Source: Octopus bimaculoides
Lineage: Eukaryota
Reading direction: 5' to 3'
Assembly (NCBI RefSeq): GCF_001194135.2
Contig: NC_068996.1
Location: forward strand, 53,988,454-54,044,741
Length of the DNA: 56,288 nt
Position numbers and translations under genes: made by a program. The notes under the pieces are model-generated. The model did no database searches. It was not told the DNA's origin and worked only from the letters and a program-made list of their open reading frames with translations. Of this stretch, positions 26,133 to 38,054 are shown in pieces. Numbering within the stretch: the first letter of the stretch is position 1; each line of letters begins with the position of its first letter.

Positions 26133-26669
26133 GTGTACGTGAGTGTATGTGGGCTTGTGTGCGCACGCGTATGTGTGTGTGTGTTTGGTGTTGGTGTATT
26201 GCCTTTGAGATTGTTCCTAGCTTTCATGATATCGGACGGACATTTCAGCTGCTAATCTAGACATGCATTTTCTTTTTTTATATTGGTTTCGGAAATATGG
26301 TTTTTGTTTGGTTGTGTCTTTAATTACGTTGCTGAACGTATTTCCTGCTGTATCTACGTTTGGAATTCTGCTGTTGTAAAACTCTGCTGACCTTGATTCA
26401 GTTTCCTGATGGAATTGGTTTGACTGAGTTCCTTGAAGTTTATGAATATTTTTGATTTGTTTATTGCTGTATTGATGATAGATGAGTCGTTAGAAAAGAG
26501 TTGTGTGACTGCCATATGACTGAGAGAGCGAGGACTGTGGGAGCAGAAGGTGGTCTTCAGAGAACAATTATTGTAGTTAACTGGGAGAGATGCGTCCGCG
26601 TGCGTATACGTGTGAAAGTATGTAGGCGCGCGTGCATGTATACCACACACACACACACACATATCATTC

Positions 26670-26960
26670 TTATTTTTATTCTTTTATTTGTTTCAGCCAT
26701 TTGACTGCGGCCATGCTGGAGCACCGCCTTTAGTCGAGCAAATCGAACCCAGGACTTCTTTGTAAGCCTAGTACTTATTCTACTTTGCCGAACTGCTAGG
26801 TTACGAGGGCGTAAACACAGCATCGGCTGTCAAGTGATGTTGGGGAACAAACACACACACACATATATACGACAGGCTTCTTTCAGTTTCCGTCTACCAG
26901 ATCCACTCACAAGGCTTTGGTCGGCCCGAGGCTATAGCAGAAGATAGTTGCCCAAGGTGC
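26670..26960 (-). mobile_element. SINE family A (5'-truncated)
   Basis: Reverse complement of the family A body and tail. Stops at cccaaggtgc where the PLE RT begins. Confidence 0.8.
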
Positions 26961-27925
26961 AATTAGGATGTCATGAAAAGGGAGTTGTTTACTGCTGTGT
27001 TCCATGGTGAATTGTATGTTGCTATTAATGTTGTTAAGCATTATTTTGAAATCGAGGAGTTTTCCCATGGTATCTTTCCAAAGTATAAAGCAATCGTCCA
27101 AATACCTTCTCCAGTTATCCTTTAAATAGCAATGAAAAGAGGTGCCATATTTTTGTAGTGATGATTGATATATTTTAAGCTCTAGGTAGCCCATTACAAG
27201 GTTCGCAATCACTGGAGCAGCTCGGGTTCCCATTGCAATTCCACATTTTCGTCGATAGTAAACTGTATCGAACATGAAATAGTTGTTCAGTAGGTTGAAT
27301 TTGAGTGCTGCGATTATGAATCTGTGGTTGATGCGTCCTGGGATCTCTTCTGGGTATTTTTCTAGCCAGAAGGTGATCGCTTCTATACCATAATCGTGTA
27401 GGATATTGTACAAATTCACCACATCGAATGATACTAACAAGGTTCCTTCATTTATTGTCTTCGGGAGGTGGTTAAGCATGTCTAAGTCATCCCTGATGAA
27501 GCGTTTCACATATTTTAGAAACGGTTTGAGCAAGATGTCGAGGAAGTTGCTCAAACGGTGGGTTTCACAAGCAGGGCCAGCAATGATGGGTCTCAGTTTG
27601 AGGTCAGTGGGGGGAAGAATATTAAAGCATAGGCTTGGCGAAGTGGGTGTAAAGTGTGTCTGTGGTAGTATGTTTGTGGGGAAGTGACTGTGTAGCGGGC
27701 TAGATTATGGTTGTACTGAGGGTTGTTATATTGTCTATGGTTGATGTGGTTAGGGTTAAATTTATTTTTAATATTGAAATGTGGGTGGAGGGAGAAGTTA
27801 TGTTGTCTAGTTAGGTTGTGTCTAGTTGAATGATTGAAGTAACCATGTTGAGGGTTAAGTCTCGGAGGTAAATTCTTCCATTTATTGTGAGATGATGATG
27901 GTGGATTGGTAGGTATTGGTTCCCA
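26961..27925 (-). mobile_element. Penelope-like reverse transcriptase fragment with fused N-terminal region
   Basis: LRPIIAGPACETHRLSNFLDILLKPF..LVSFDVVNLY..GIAMGTRAAPVIANLVMGYLE..WRRYLDDCFILW..FTMEHSSKQLPFHDILI are PLE RT motifs. The upstream segment has in-frame stops. Confidence 0.92.
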
Positions 27926-27934
27926 ATATATATA

Positions 27935-28090
27935 TATACACGATGGACTTCTTTCAGTTTCCATCTATCAAATCTACTAAAAGCTTTGATCGGCACGGGG
28001 CTATATAAAAGATACCTGCCCAAGGTGTCATGCAGTGGGTCTGAACCCGTAACCATGTGATTGGGAAGCAAGCTTTTTACCACACAGCTG
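27935..28090 (-). mobile_element. SINE family A 5' part
   Basis: Reverse complement of the head gctgtgtggtaaaaagcttgcttccc..ggttcagacccactgcatgacaccttgggcagg. Confidence 0.8.
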
Positions 28091-30113
28091 TATGTGTGTG
28101 TGTATATGTATATGTGTGTGTGTATATGTATATATGTGTGTGTATATGTATATGTGTGTGTGTGTGTGTGTATAATAAATATATATTTATATATATAGAG
28201 AGAGACAGAGAGACAGAGAGACAGAGAGACAGACAAACAGATAGACAGATAGGTATACAGACAGAATGTAAAGGTGCAGAGATTTTCGTAGCAAAAAGTA
28301 TTTATGATGACAAAGAAACATGCGGCGAATAAGAGGAACGACAAAGAAAAGTGAACTGACGTTTTCTCGATATGAACCGAAAGAAGTGTGTTACAAAAAA
28401 AAAAAAAATGCAAAATGCCCCACAACGCATATTATATTTCAAAAACAAAAAGAAATATGTAAACAAAGTACGAATATATCCTTTTCTCGATTAGTCCGTA
28501 TGTGGCCACATCAACTTTATCCTGTTTTCCTGGATTTGCTATACAACAAAGTAGTTGGGATTGGAGCAGGATATTTGTATTATGAAACAATACGCCACCG
28601 TGTCCCGTTAAAACAAAAAGACACCGTGTTGTTCCCTGGTTAATACAAATATGCTCAACATAAAAAACACAGAGAGAGAATGTAGAACAATCCAGAAAAG
28701 AAGTGAAACACTATGCTTTGCAAACGTCAAAACCAAATGCAATTTAACAGACTGAGATAGAATATGTCACAATTGGGCTCCTGGAACAAATTGCTATGTT
28801 TATCTTGTTACACTATGATTTTTTTCCAGGTGTAGAAATATATACATTTTTGTAAGCTTGGTGGAACTAGAAACACATACCTTCAAAAGTTTAATACAAT
28901 TTGTCTTTTTGCTTAGTTTCTTTTATAAAATATGGAATAGGTAAATGCATAAAGCTTACGATTGTAAAACTCAGTCATAAAGCAAATATTCCAGCAATTT
29001 ATAAAACTTTGGTCGGAATATAATTGAATTCTGGAATAAATAATTATTTGATTTTTCCTATTTCTCTTGTTAATATCCATTTATTGTTTAGAATAATAAT
29101 TCTAACATTTGTTTTCCAATTCTCTTAAAGCATGTTTTCAAAAATCATATTAGTCAACTTTTCGTACAGGTTCAAGCCTAACATTAATATGTGACAAGGA
29201 TTATTTGTGCAATTTACAAGTATGAATGAAATACACAACAAGGAAGACGAAGAGAAATAGAAATTCTTTTCGCTTATCATATTTACATGAGCATTTCACC
29301 ATATGCAATATATTTGCAATAAGAAACCAACAGGTGAAGTGTTTGCTTAGTTGAGACTTTCTCAAAGAAGGTACCTGAAAATACGTCAACGCCTGCAAAA
29401 CTTGACAAAATTGATAATCTACAAAGCAGCTCGATTGGAATCGCTAACAACTGCCTGTGTAGTATATTCCATCGAATGCGTGACTTGTAAACAGGATTTA
29501 CATAGTTTTACATAATGCATGTATGTAACTATCGCTCGTTAGTTACATACATTTACATACACGCATTAAAGAGCGCATGAACATAAAAGCTTTAGCTATA
29601 CAGTGACATGACAGGCCAGAATAAGAAAATTATAGTTTCTATCAAGTATTTCGATAGAAACATCAGTAACTTGTGCATTAAATAATTTATCATCATAAGG
29701 CACTCACAAATCAACAACCATTAAAAGCTTCTTCGCTATGAAAAATTGATTGTCTGATTTGGACGTCATAATTGTATGATTTGAATTTCATAAGTTCTCA
29801 CGTGTCATGGCGGTTTTTCTGTTGTTTACTATTAACGTTTCATTCTGAACTTTTTTCTGTTCACGATTCTTGCTTATTAAAAATCGCAGCATTGAATAAA
29901 TCGATATTACCTTTATTCTGTTTTGTTAAGTCGATTTCACTACATTTTGATAAACTCTTAGATCTTACTTCAGTGAAGAAAAGAAGAATCCGTTTAGAGT
30001 GATGATTCAAATGGTTCTTTGAGTAAAACTGAGTAAAACTGAGTCAAATCTCTTTATTTCTTTTTCTTAAAAATATAAATAGTAGGTGAAGAATTAATTT
30101 TAGTGAAGGCGAA

Positions 30114-30333
30114 GACGGCGAGCTGGCGGAATGGTTAGCACGCCTGGTAAAGTGCTTAGCGACATTTGGTCCGGCCTTACGTTTAGAGTTCAAATTCCAC
30201 CGAGGTCAACTTTGCCTTTCATACTTTCGAAGACGATAAAATACAAGTTGAGCACTGTGATCGATGTAATCGACTTACATCGCCCCCAACCCCACGAAAT
30301 TTTTGGTCTGGTGCCAAAATTTAAAACCAATAT
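30114..30333 (+). mobile_element. SINE family B
   Basis: gacggcgagctggcggaatggttagcacg...gttcaaattccaccgaggtcaactttgcctttcat. Confidence 0.85.
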
Positions 30334-30821
30334 TAGTAAAGTGTTATTCCGACCTAATTATCATTTGATGCAAAACAAAATATTTTTCAATGGAGACTGT
30401 TTTTCTGGATGCAATATTTCTAAATATATTTTTACAGCTAAATATATGAACTACTTTCACTCACCTTAGATGTATTTTATTTTATATTTAGAACACCAAA
30501 ATACTTCGTCAGGCATCTACAGTCTGGTCAATGATAATCTCTGGCGTTGTATCTGCTATATAAGTAAAGAAGAATTCTTACCAACTAAGAAGAATATACT
30601 TTACCGAGAACATTTAATAAGACTGAAACATGTGTTACATTCACCAGCTGGTTTTAAATATAAGATCCATTCTCATGCTGGACTTTTTTCATATTTTTCA
30701 AAAATTTTAATTTATCTCCCTTGCTTGTGATTTTTAAGCACTACTAAAGTTTTGTTTACTAATTGAACGGTAATCTTAGCTAATCGAAGTTTTACCAATC
30801 AAAATATTCCAAAACATTGAA

Positions 30822-31560
30822 GGCGGCGAGCTGGCAGAATTGTTAAAATGCTGCGCAAAATGCTTCAACTTACCCTGAAATTGTACCAACGATTTAACAC
30901 CGTGTGCCAACAGTAAGGGGGTATTACACAGAATTAGCTACAGCATCTACACCGAGAAAAACTTTCTGTGGTCTCTCGTCTTCATAGAAACAGCAGTTAA
31001 ATTCACATACTTAGACCATTCACATACACCGTGTGCCAACAGTAAGGGGTATTACACAGAATTAGCTACAGCACCATTAAAATCTGTTGTTCCAGACATT
31101 GTATTGAGATGTTAATGGTAAATTGTAGAACAGCGGTTTCTTTCTAAGTTTATCTCACCTGCTTCATCTTTAGCCAGGTTCCAAATCTCCCACAAGTCAC
31201 ACTGACCCCATGAGAAAAAAACTATGGATGCATTGGTTAATGAAGACCCACATGCCCCTAAAATGACGGATTGGTCAAGATAAGGATACTTTTGGCCATG
31301 GGTCTGCTTGATCAGGACAGACTTGGTTGGGATTAAACTATGTTTTCGTTTAACATGTAATAAATTACACTTAATCTTTCAACAGTATTCCTTCGACTTA
31401 CCCTGAAATTGTACCAACATTTAAAACTAATGTATTTTAACTTTGCCTTTCATCCTTTCGCGGTCGATAAAATAGAGCCCCTGTTAAGCATTGTGGCCGA
31501 TGTAATCGACAAGGCTCCTCGGAATTGTTGACCTTGTGACAAAATCAGAAACCATTATTA
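30822..31560 (+). mobile_element. SINE family B split by a ~560-bp insertion
   Basis: The head is at 30822-30864. The Meta-like domain and tail resume at ~31435. Confidence 0.7.
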
Positions 31561-32988
31561 ATTAATTGATGTAAGAGGGATTTAACTAAATTCTGCAAGT
31601 TGTTTGAGAGAAAGTGTTGTTGTTTGGAAAAAAACGGAAGGCCAAATTCATAGCAAGGTCAGACTTACATTCACTTCTTGCCAATTAGAGGTTTCTCCGT
31701 TGAAGATATAATACTTTACTTTCACCTATCAGAGACAAATGAATCGCAATGTAGAAAAAACATGGAGATATACAAGAAATGTATGTCCAGTTTGACTAGT
31801 ACTTGGGGTTTGTGTTTCTTGTTGTGGACGAAAGATTTAAGAAATGACCCTTAGTGAGGGTGAAATGTAAGTCAAAGAATATAGTAAGACAGAATAACAC
31901 TCGATAATATGTTCCTCTTTTACGCTGTTACACCTATAAATGTTTATTAGCTCAGACCCTTTATATCTCTCTGTAATCCGGAATTTGGCGTATACTGATA
32001 AGACCATGTTTCGCTAAGGAGGTTTAACAACACTGATTTGTTATTATAGCTAGAATTATTAACGTACTTATCGAAAGTCAACCTTACTTCCAACTCGATG
32101 CTCACATTCAATTATTGATGTTTCTGTTCAGTAATCAAAGTATCACATAACGAAAATATTAGGCAATGAAAGTATTTCGTAATTTTATATATCGCCAATA
32201 TTTTACTGCCGAACATAGAATTTTTTTCTCTTTTTTATCTAGAACTAAATGTTCAAATTTTGCCAGTTCATTACCGAGTACAGATATTTATAAATCCTCG
32301 TGGCTATAGTTTATGATGATGTGAATATGGATGTAGAATTGATTATAGAAAGTGTGAGAAAACCTTTGACTTAGATTTTCACCAAAAGTAAGAGATGTTC
32401 TGACCATAATTCATATAATTACGTGTGACCTATGAAATATTTTAAGGTCTTGTGTATATACATGTGTATTATAGTATTCTTAGGGATGAACACGCATATT
32501 TGAAGCTAAATTAAAAGTTCAAAAGGTTGTGAAACGATCATTACTTACACCCCTCATGGACTCTTCCGTAGACTCTGAGCATAAATTCAGAGTAAAGCAT
32601 TATTGTTTATCTGGTTCCCAGAACTTATTCCATCATGGAAATACACAATAGCACCAAAACTAGATTATTCTGCATCTCTTGCAATACACAAATACACCCA
32701 CATCACCAACTTCACCAAATACAATAACTACGTCAGGGTAGTCAAGGGGGATGACATCTGGGGTGGAATGACCAGGTGTAGGGGTTTAGTGTAGACCCAC
32801 CTAGACATGAAGGGGAAAAAAACGATATTTGTCGGTAGAATTGAAGTGGAGGTGGAACAAGGTCAATCAGTTCCGGAGCAGAAACCATTGTGGGAGCAGT
32901 AAAGAAAACATCTGCAGATCAGAGGTGGAAGCATGTTGAGCGTCTTAAAACATGTAAGCATAAATTGAATGATGTTGTCATAGATATA

Positions 32989-33210
32989 CAGGGTGTTCAT
33001 AAATTACTTTTACAATAAATAAAATGAAAAATAAGGATAATTCAGCAGAATTTATTGGAAGACATTGGCAAACAAAAAAATTTTATGAGAAATATCAAAA
33101 CACTTCTGCGCAAGTTCTATTGGTTGCAAAGAAGTTGATAGATGGATCTCAACTTAAATAGATTCAATAATGAATACTGAAAGTTGTAATGATAATTTAT
33201 GAACATTCTG
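32989..33210. mobile_element. Tc1/mariner-type MITE (222 bp) with TA target-site duplication
   Basis: TA|CAGGGTGTTCATAAATTA ... TAATTTATGAACATTCTG|TA: 18-bp TIRs with 2 mismatches. Confidence 0.85.
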
Positions 33211-34772
33211 TACATAAAAATGAGTGGTCACTACCAAAAACCTGTTTGATCACAAGTTAGCTTGATGAGAAATGACATAAAACACTAAAACAACAGCAAC
33301 CTCATTGATACTGCAATACGGATATTCAATCAAATAATGTGGCCCCAAAGGAATCATTGCATTCAGCAATAATGTTAATTACTCATATCAAGTCTGCTTA
33401 ATTGAAAAATTACAGTTTTAAAGACTAACAAAAAAACCCTCAAATGAAGAAGTATTACGCAGGTTCAAATCCTGCTCAACTACGATGACAATTGACAAAC
33501 TTTAAACATAACGAATTAAGTAATAAGTACATATATAAAGTAAAAATATTTGTCACGTGCCAGATTCTTTTATTTTTCGTTTATTTTTGTTATCGTATGC
33601 TTCGGATTACTTGTTTCCTCTACTCACATCCGTAATTAGTTCCTAGAGTTATGGATTAGAAAAAAAAAAAAGAATGACAGTTTCAGTATCTTTCTCCATC
33701 TTAGACCAAATCCTAACCCTAACCGTTCTAAGAACCATAGAGGTTTCACGAGTCGCTTAATGCACGTTGGGTCAAAAGAAAAAGAAAAACCTTAGTCAAA
33801 TAATAATCCACAATCTGAAAGGCTGGAATGACGCATTAGAAAGGTATTGAATAAATGGTCCTTCGAATGTAATAAGGAGGGATTGTCACGGATGAAGCAG
33901 ATTCAGTCGACGTTCTGATAGATCAGAGCGCATCTGGTAGTTAAAAACCTACATCAAATATAACTAAGCATCACTCATATGCTAACATAAACAAATCACA
34001 TACACAAAACAGAGACAAGATAATATACACAACATTTATTGTAGATTCACATTGAAGTCATAAAAGACCCTCCCCCCCAGCAAAACTATGCATAATTATT
34101 CTTAGAACTTCAGCAAGAATCAAATTTGGCTGATGTAAAGAAACAGCTACTGAGGATACATAATTTCCAATCATGAAGTGTATCAATTTTTACTGAGTTC
34201 AGTGTTTCCAAAATAAACAACAGTAAACTACAAACAGTACAGTTCTCAACAAGAAACATGGAGACTACATACAGAAAAAAAAAATACTAAAGTAAAGATT
34301 ACTTGGACATTGGAGAACAAGTTGTTGCTGCAGCAAACTGCAACCTTCTTTCGTCCTTTCTGTTATTTGCAAAGCAGACATATATCCAACATTCGAGAGA
34401 ATTATTAAAATACAATTTTAAAACAATTGTTTTTCCTCTGGGCCCGGATACATACAAACAAGAACACAACATCGAAAACCTCGTACTACAGTAGGATGTA
34501 AACTATCATTAACAAGCGCAGATGGGTGGACAGCTATTGCAAACAGACCAAATCTATTTTGAGTATATTTTCTGTAGTCACCGTCAAATCCTGCGAAGAG
34601 TCGTTCTGTTGTATCTTTGTATCAGCATAGGAAGCTTGCTTAATTTATCTCAGACCGCTAGCTCTTGCCTGCACTGGTTGTTTGTAATTCGAATGACCAA
34701 GGTTCTTAGGCCGAAATGTTCGTAGACAGATGTTTGAAAGGTTACAGAAGAGCAGAATTTCGGGGAATGAAA

Positions 34773-34800
34773 GGGAGAGAGAGAGAAAGAGAGAGAGGGG

Positions 34801-34869
<69 letters not shown>

Positions 34870-34925
34870 GGAGAGAGTGTGTGTGTGAGCGAGAAAGTAT
34901 GAAAGAGAGAGTATGAGAGAGAGAG
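34773..34925. repeat. (GA)n polypurine tract
   Basis: Direct inspection. Confidence 0.95.
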
Positions 34926-35038
34926 GAGGTAAAAAGAGTAATGGATGTGAGTTAGTTAAAAAAACTAATTTTAAAGAAAGGAAGAATAAGTGGATACGAA
35001 AAATATATTAAAAACGAATTGGCATCAGCAGATGTGTG

Positions 35039-35070
<32 letters not shown>

Positions 35071-35748
35071 TGCCTGCGTGTGTATGCGTGCATGTGTATG
35101 TGTGTGTGCGCATGTGTGTGATAAATTAATGTGTGAGGTGGAAGAGAAGAAAAGGGGGTGATTATTATATGAGAAATTGAGTTTAGGACAAGCTGTCAGG
35201 ATTGAGAATGAGAGAGAAGTTGAGCAAATTGTTTTAAGTCGGCTTAGATAAGGTTCGTCATTAAGATCTGGTAATTTATCCTCATTAGACAAGTAAAGAG
35301 GAAATGAATTGAAATGATGCCAAAGGAGAATTGTGTGGTGTGGAAAAAGGAAGCAGAAAATAAGAAAACATCTATACCTGTCTCTTGCTCATAAACAAAG
35401 ATCAGATTTTCCTCTAAACATGTAAATTCATTTTTTTAGATTAATTAATTTCTTCCAGTTATCTCCCCTTTTGTTTCAGAGCGGCGAACAATCTAACAGT
35501 AACTTCAAGGTTCTTCTTTTGTTATTAATAAACTGAGAATTCATTTGTTTTGTATACTATTTAAAATACACCACGTTTTAAATTATTTATCTAAATTCCT
35601 GCTACTTGTCCACTGGGGTTATTTCTCATGGTTCATTTTATTATTTCATGTTTATGCAAATTATACTGGTCAAATCATATATATATATCACTGTTTTAAA
35701 ACGCAAAATCTTTTCGGCTGGTGATTTGGCCAAAGTATAATAAACTTC

Positions 35749-35791
35749 ACTATGCTGATGAAGACCAACGAATCAGAAACATGTCCGCAGT
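35749..35791 (+). ncRNA. Decayed minimal hammerhead-like motif
   Basis: ACUAUG CUGAUGA A GACCAACGAAUCA GAA ACAUGU C CGCAGU: core intact, 6-nt palindromic stem III, GUC site. Stem II is poorly paired. Confidence 0.5.
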
Positions 35792-36814
35792 TGTCTCCTT
35801 GCCAGAAAACAAAGATTAATTTTCCACATGAAAATATGTTTAGTTTGTGGCATTAATTGTTAATTTCCTGAATTTATCTCCCCTTTTATTTGAGAGTCGC
35901 TAAGATTTGCTGCTGAGTTTCTGTTTCATTCTTCAAGTAAGAAAGAAATCTCAGTTAAACGAGAATTTTTTGCTCATGTCATTCAGTTCATCAGCTCTTT
36001 AATTTGCATATCTTTGAAGTCATGTCATTGGCCCACTTGAGCCAATGAGATTTCTTCAAACTGACTTCACTTTTTAACAATAAATAAAGTATATATCAAA
36101 AAATCAATTTGCTTTCCTTCTTCATGAATGAAGTCTTGTTGCATCCAAGATGAAATCGAAAATTTACGGATGAATATAGTGACGCAGTAGAGAATTATTC
36201 CTCACATCATACCTGTTGCTTTATAAGGAAAAGATTCATTGCGTAGTCTAACTCTAGTAACTCTTGTTTGGCAAGAAATATACAATAGTCTTCGATCAGG
36301 GCCAAGCAACACACCGCAGAAACACACGCATACACGCATAAAAACAAAGTATGAAAACCTCGTATAATAAACAAGATACAGCCATTATCTTCTTTTTCAA
36401 TTCAAGTTCACTTTTTTTTTTTTCATAAAATAAAACCAACACCCAAAGCAGAAAATTTCACAAAATAAGAAAAATCACAAAAATCTAAGTAGATAAAATA
36501 CCCGTCATAAAAATAACACAGACTCTCTGAATAGCAGCAAAGCAACACATTAACCCCCTAAAAGCATTTTTATGGAATTTAAAAACATCACCACACGTGC
36601 TATGTACATCTATGTCATATGAAACAAAGTTATACTCCCAGTAGATGTCCCTTATTTTGTGATAAACAGGTCAAAATATATACATTCATTTTAATGCAGA
36701 GCGTTGATAACTAAAGCGGCAATAAAAGTCATATGAAACAGGAAGCGCCATCACACACACAGACATACACACACACACACAGACACAGACACACAGACAC
36801 ACACACACACACAG

Positions 36815-36870
<56 letters not shown>

Positions 36871-37285
36871 GTTTACTCTCAAATTCGTTTCTCCTAGTGC
36901 TTAAACAATCTTCTCCGCCCACGTTTTCTTGCACACATCGATTTCATTACCCTAATTTCGTGAAGGTTATTGTAATTTCTCATCACCAATAACAAATTAG
37001 TTCACGGTAATTCCAATAACAAATTAGTTCACGGTAATTTGTTGTGAATGACCATTTCTAATGAAGGCTACATTGTGATTTTAACTGCATAGCGTCAAAT
37101 GTTTTTCAACTAGAGCTGACTTTATTTACACTCGTTACTGCTATGTGATGATGGCGTGATTGAAAAAGTTTGAAAACTGATGGAAATGTTTTAGCTGAAG
37201 ACACTTTACAGGTACTCTTGTTGGAAGTGCTTTTGTGTGCACAGACGCGCGCTAGCACACAGACACACACAGATTGACACACATA

Positions 37286-37353
<68 letters not shown>

Positions 37354-37779
37354 NNNNNNNNNNNNNNNNNNNNNNNNNNNNNNNNNNNNNNNNNNNNNNN
37401 NNNNNNNNNNNNNNNNNNNNNNNNNNNNNNNNNNNNNNNNNNNNNNNNNNNNNNNNNNNNNNNNNNNNNNNNNNNNNNNNNNNNNNNNNNNNNNNNNNNN
37501 NNNNNNNNNNNNNNNNNNNNNNNNNNNNNNNNNNNNNNNNNNNNNNNNNNNNNNNNNNNNNNNNNNNNNNNNNNNNNNNNNNNNNNNNNNNNNNNNNNNN
37601 NNNNNNNNNNNNNNNNNNNNNNNNNNNNNNNNNNNNNNNNNNNNNNNNNNNNNNNNNNNNNNNNNNNNNNNNNNNNNNNNNNNNNNNNNNNNNNNNNNNN
37701 NNNNNNNNNNNNNNNNNNNNNNNNNNNNNNNNNNNNNNNNNNNNNNNNNNNNNNNNNNNNNNNNNNNNNNNNNNNNNNG

Positions 37780-38040
37780 GATCTATATACTTTTATTTCG
37801 TTTTTGGATTTAGTTTGCAAAATTCTTTATGTGAGTTCGTGTGTTGAAGCATATTCTGTTGTGTCTGGGGAGAGTCATTCTCTTTTGGTGCCTTATTATT
37901 TAACACACTCACCGGTAAAATTACCACTTATTTCTTTTTTGTTTTACTAAAATTTTCGTTGCATCTTACAACCTTTTCAATAATCGTTACGAACTTATGT
38001 AAAGAATCTTGCAAACCCAGTCCAAAAACAAAATATATAT
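37780..38040 (-). mobile_element. Short PLE-type terminal element with U3:A8 hammerhead-like motif (37947-37983) and an inverted copy of its own 3' end
   Basis: 37992-38040 is the approximate reverse complement of 37785-37835. The same family occurs at 41214-41555. Confidence 0.65.
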
Positions 38041-38054
38041 ATATGGACATATAT

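Noticed and set aside
30898-31073. CRISPR-like repeat-spacer pattern
   Set aside because: Only two copies of each repeat in eukaryotic DNA with no cas genes. It is explained as a local duplication.
32600-32720. RLFCISCNTQIHPHH zinc-binding peptide
   Set aside because: Short and stop-bounded. It may be an old transposon remnant but cannot be classified.
36986-37039. 27-bp tandem duplication (also a ~40-bp one at ~39700-39778)
   Set aside because: Ordinary slippage duplications with no further structure.
37145-37198. C/D box snoRNA (GTGATGA...CTGA)
   Set aside because: Too short, no terminal stem, and no recognisable rRNA guide.
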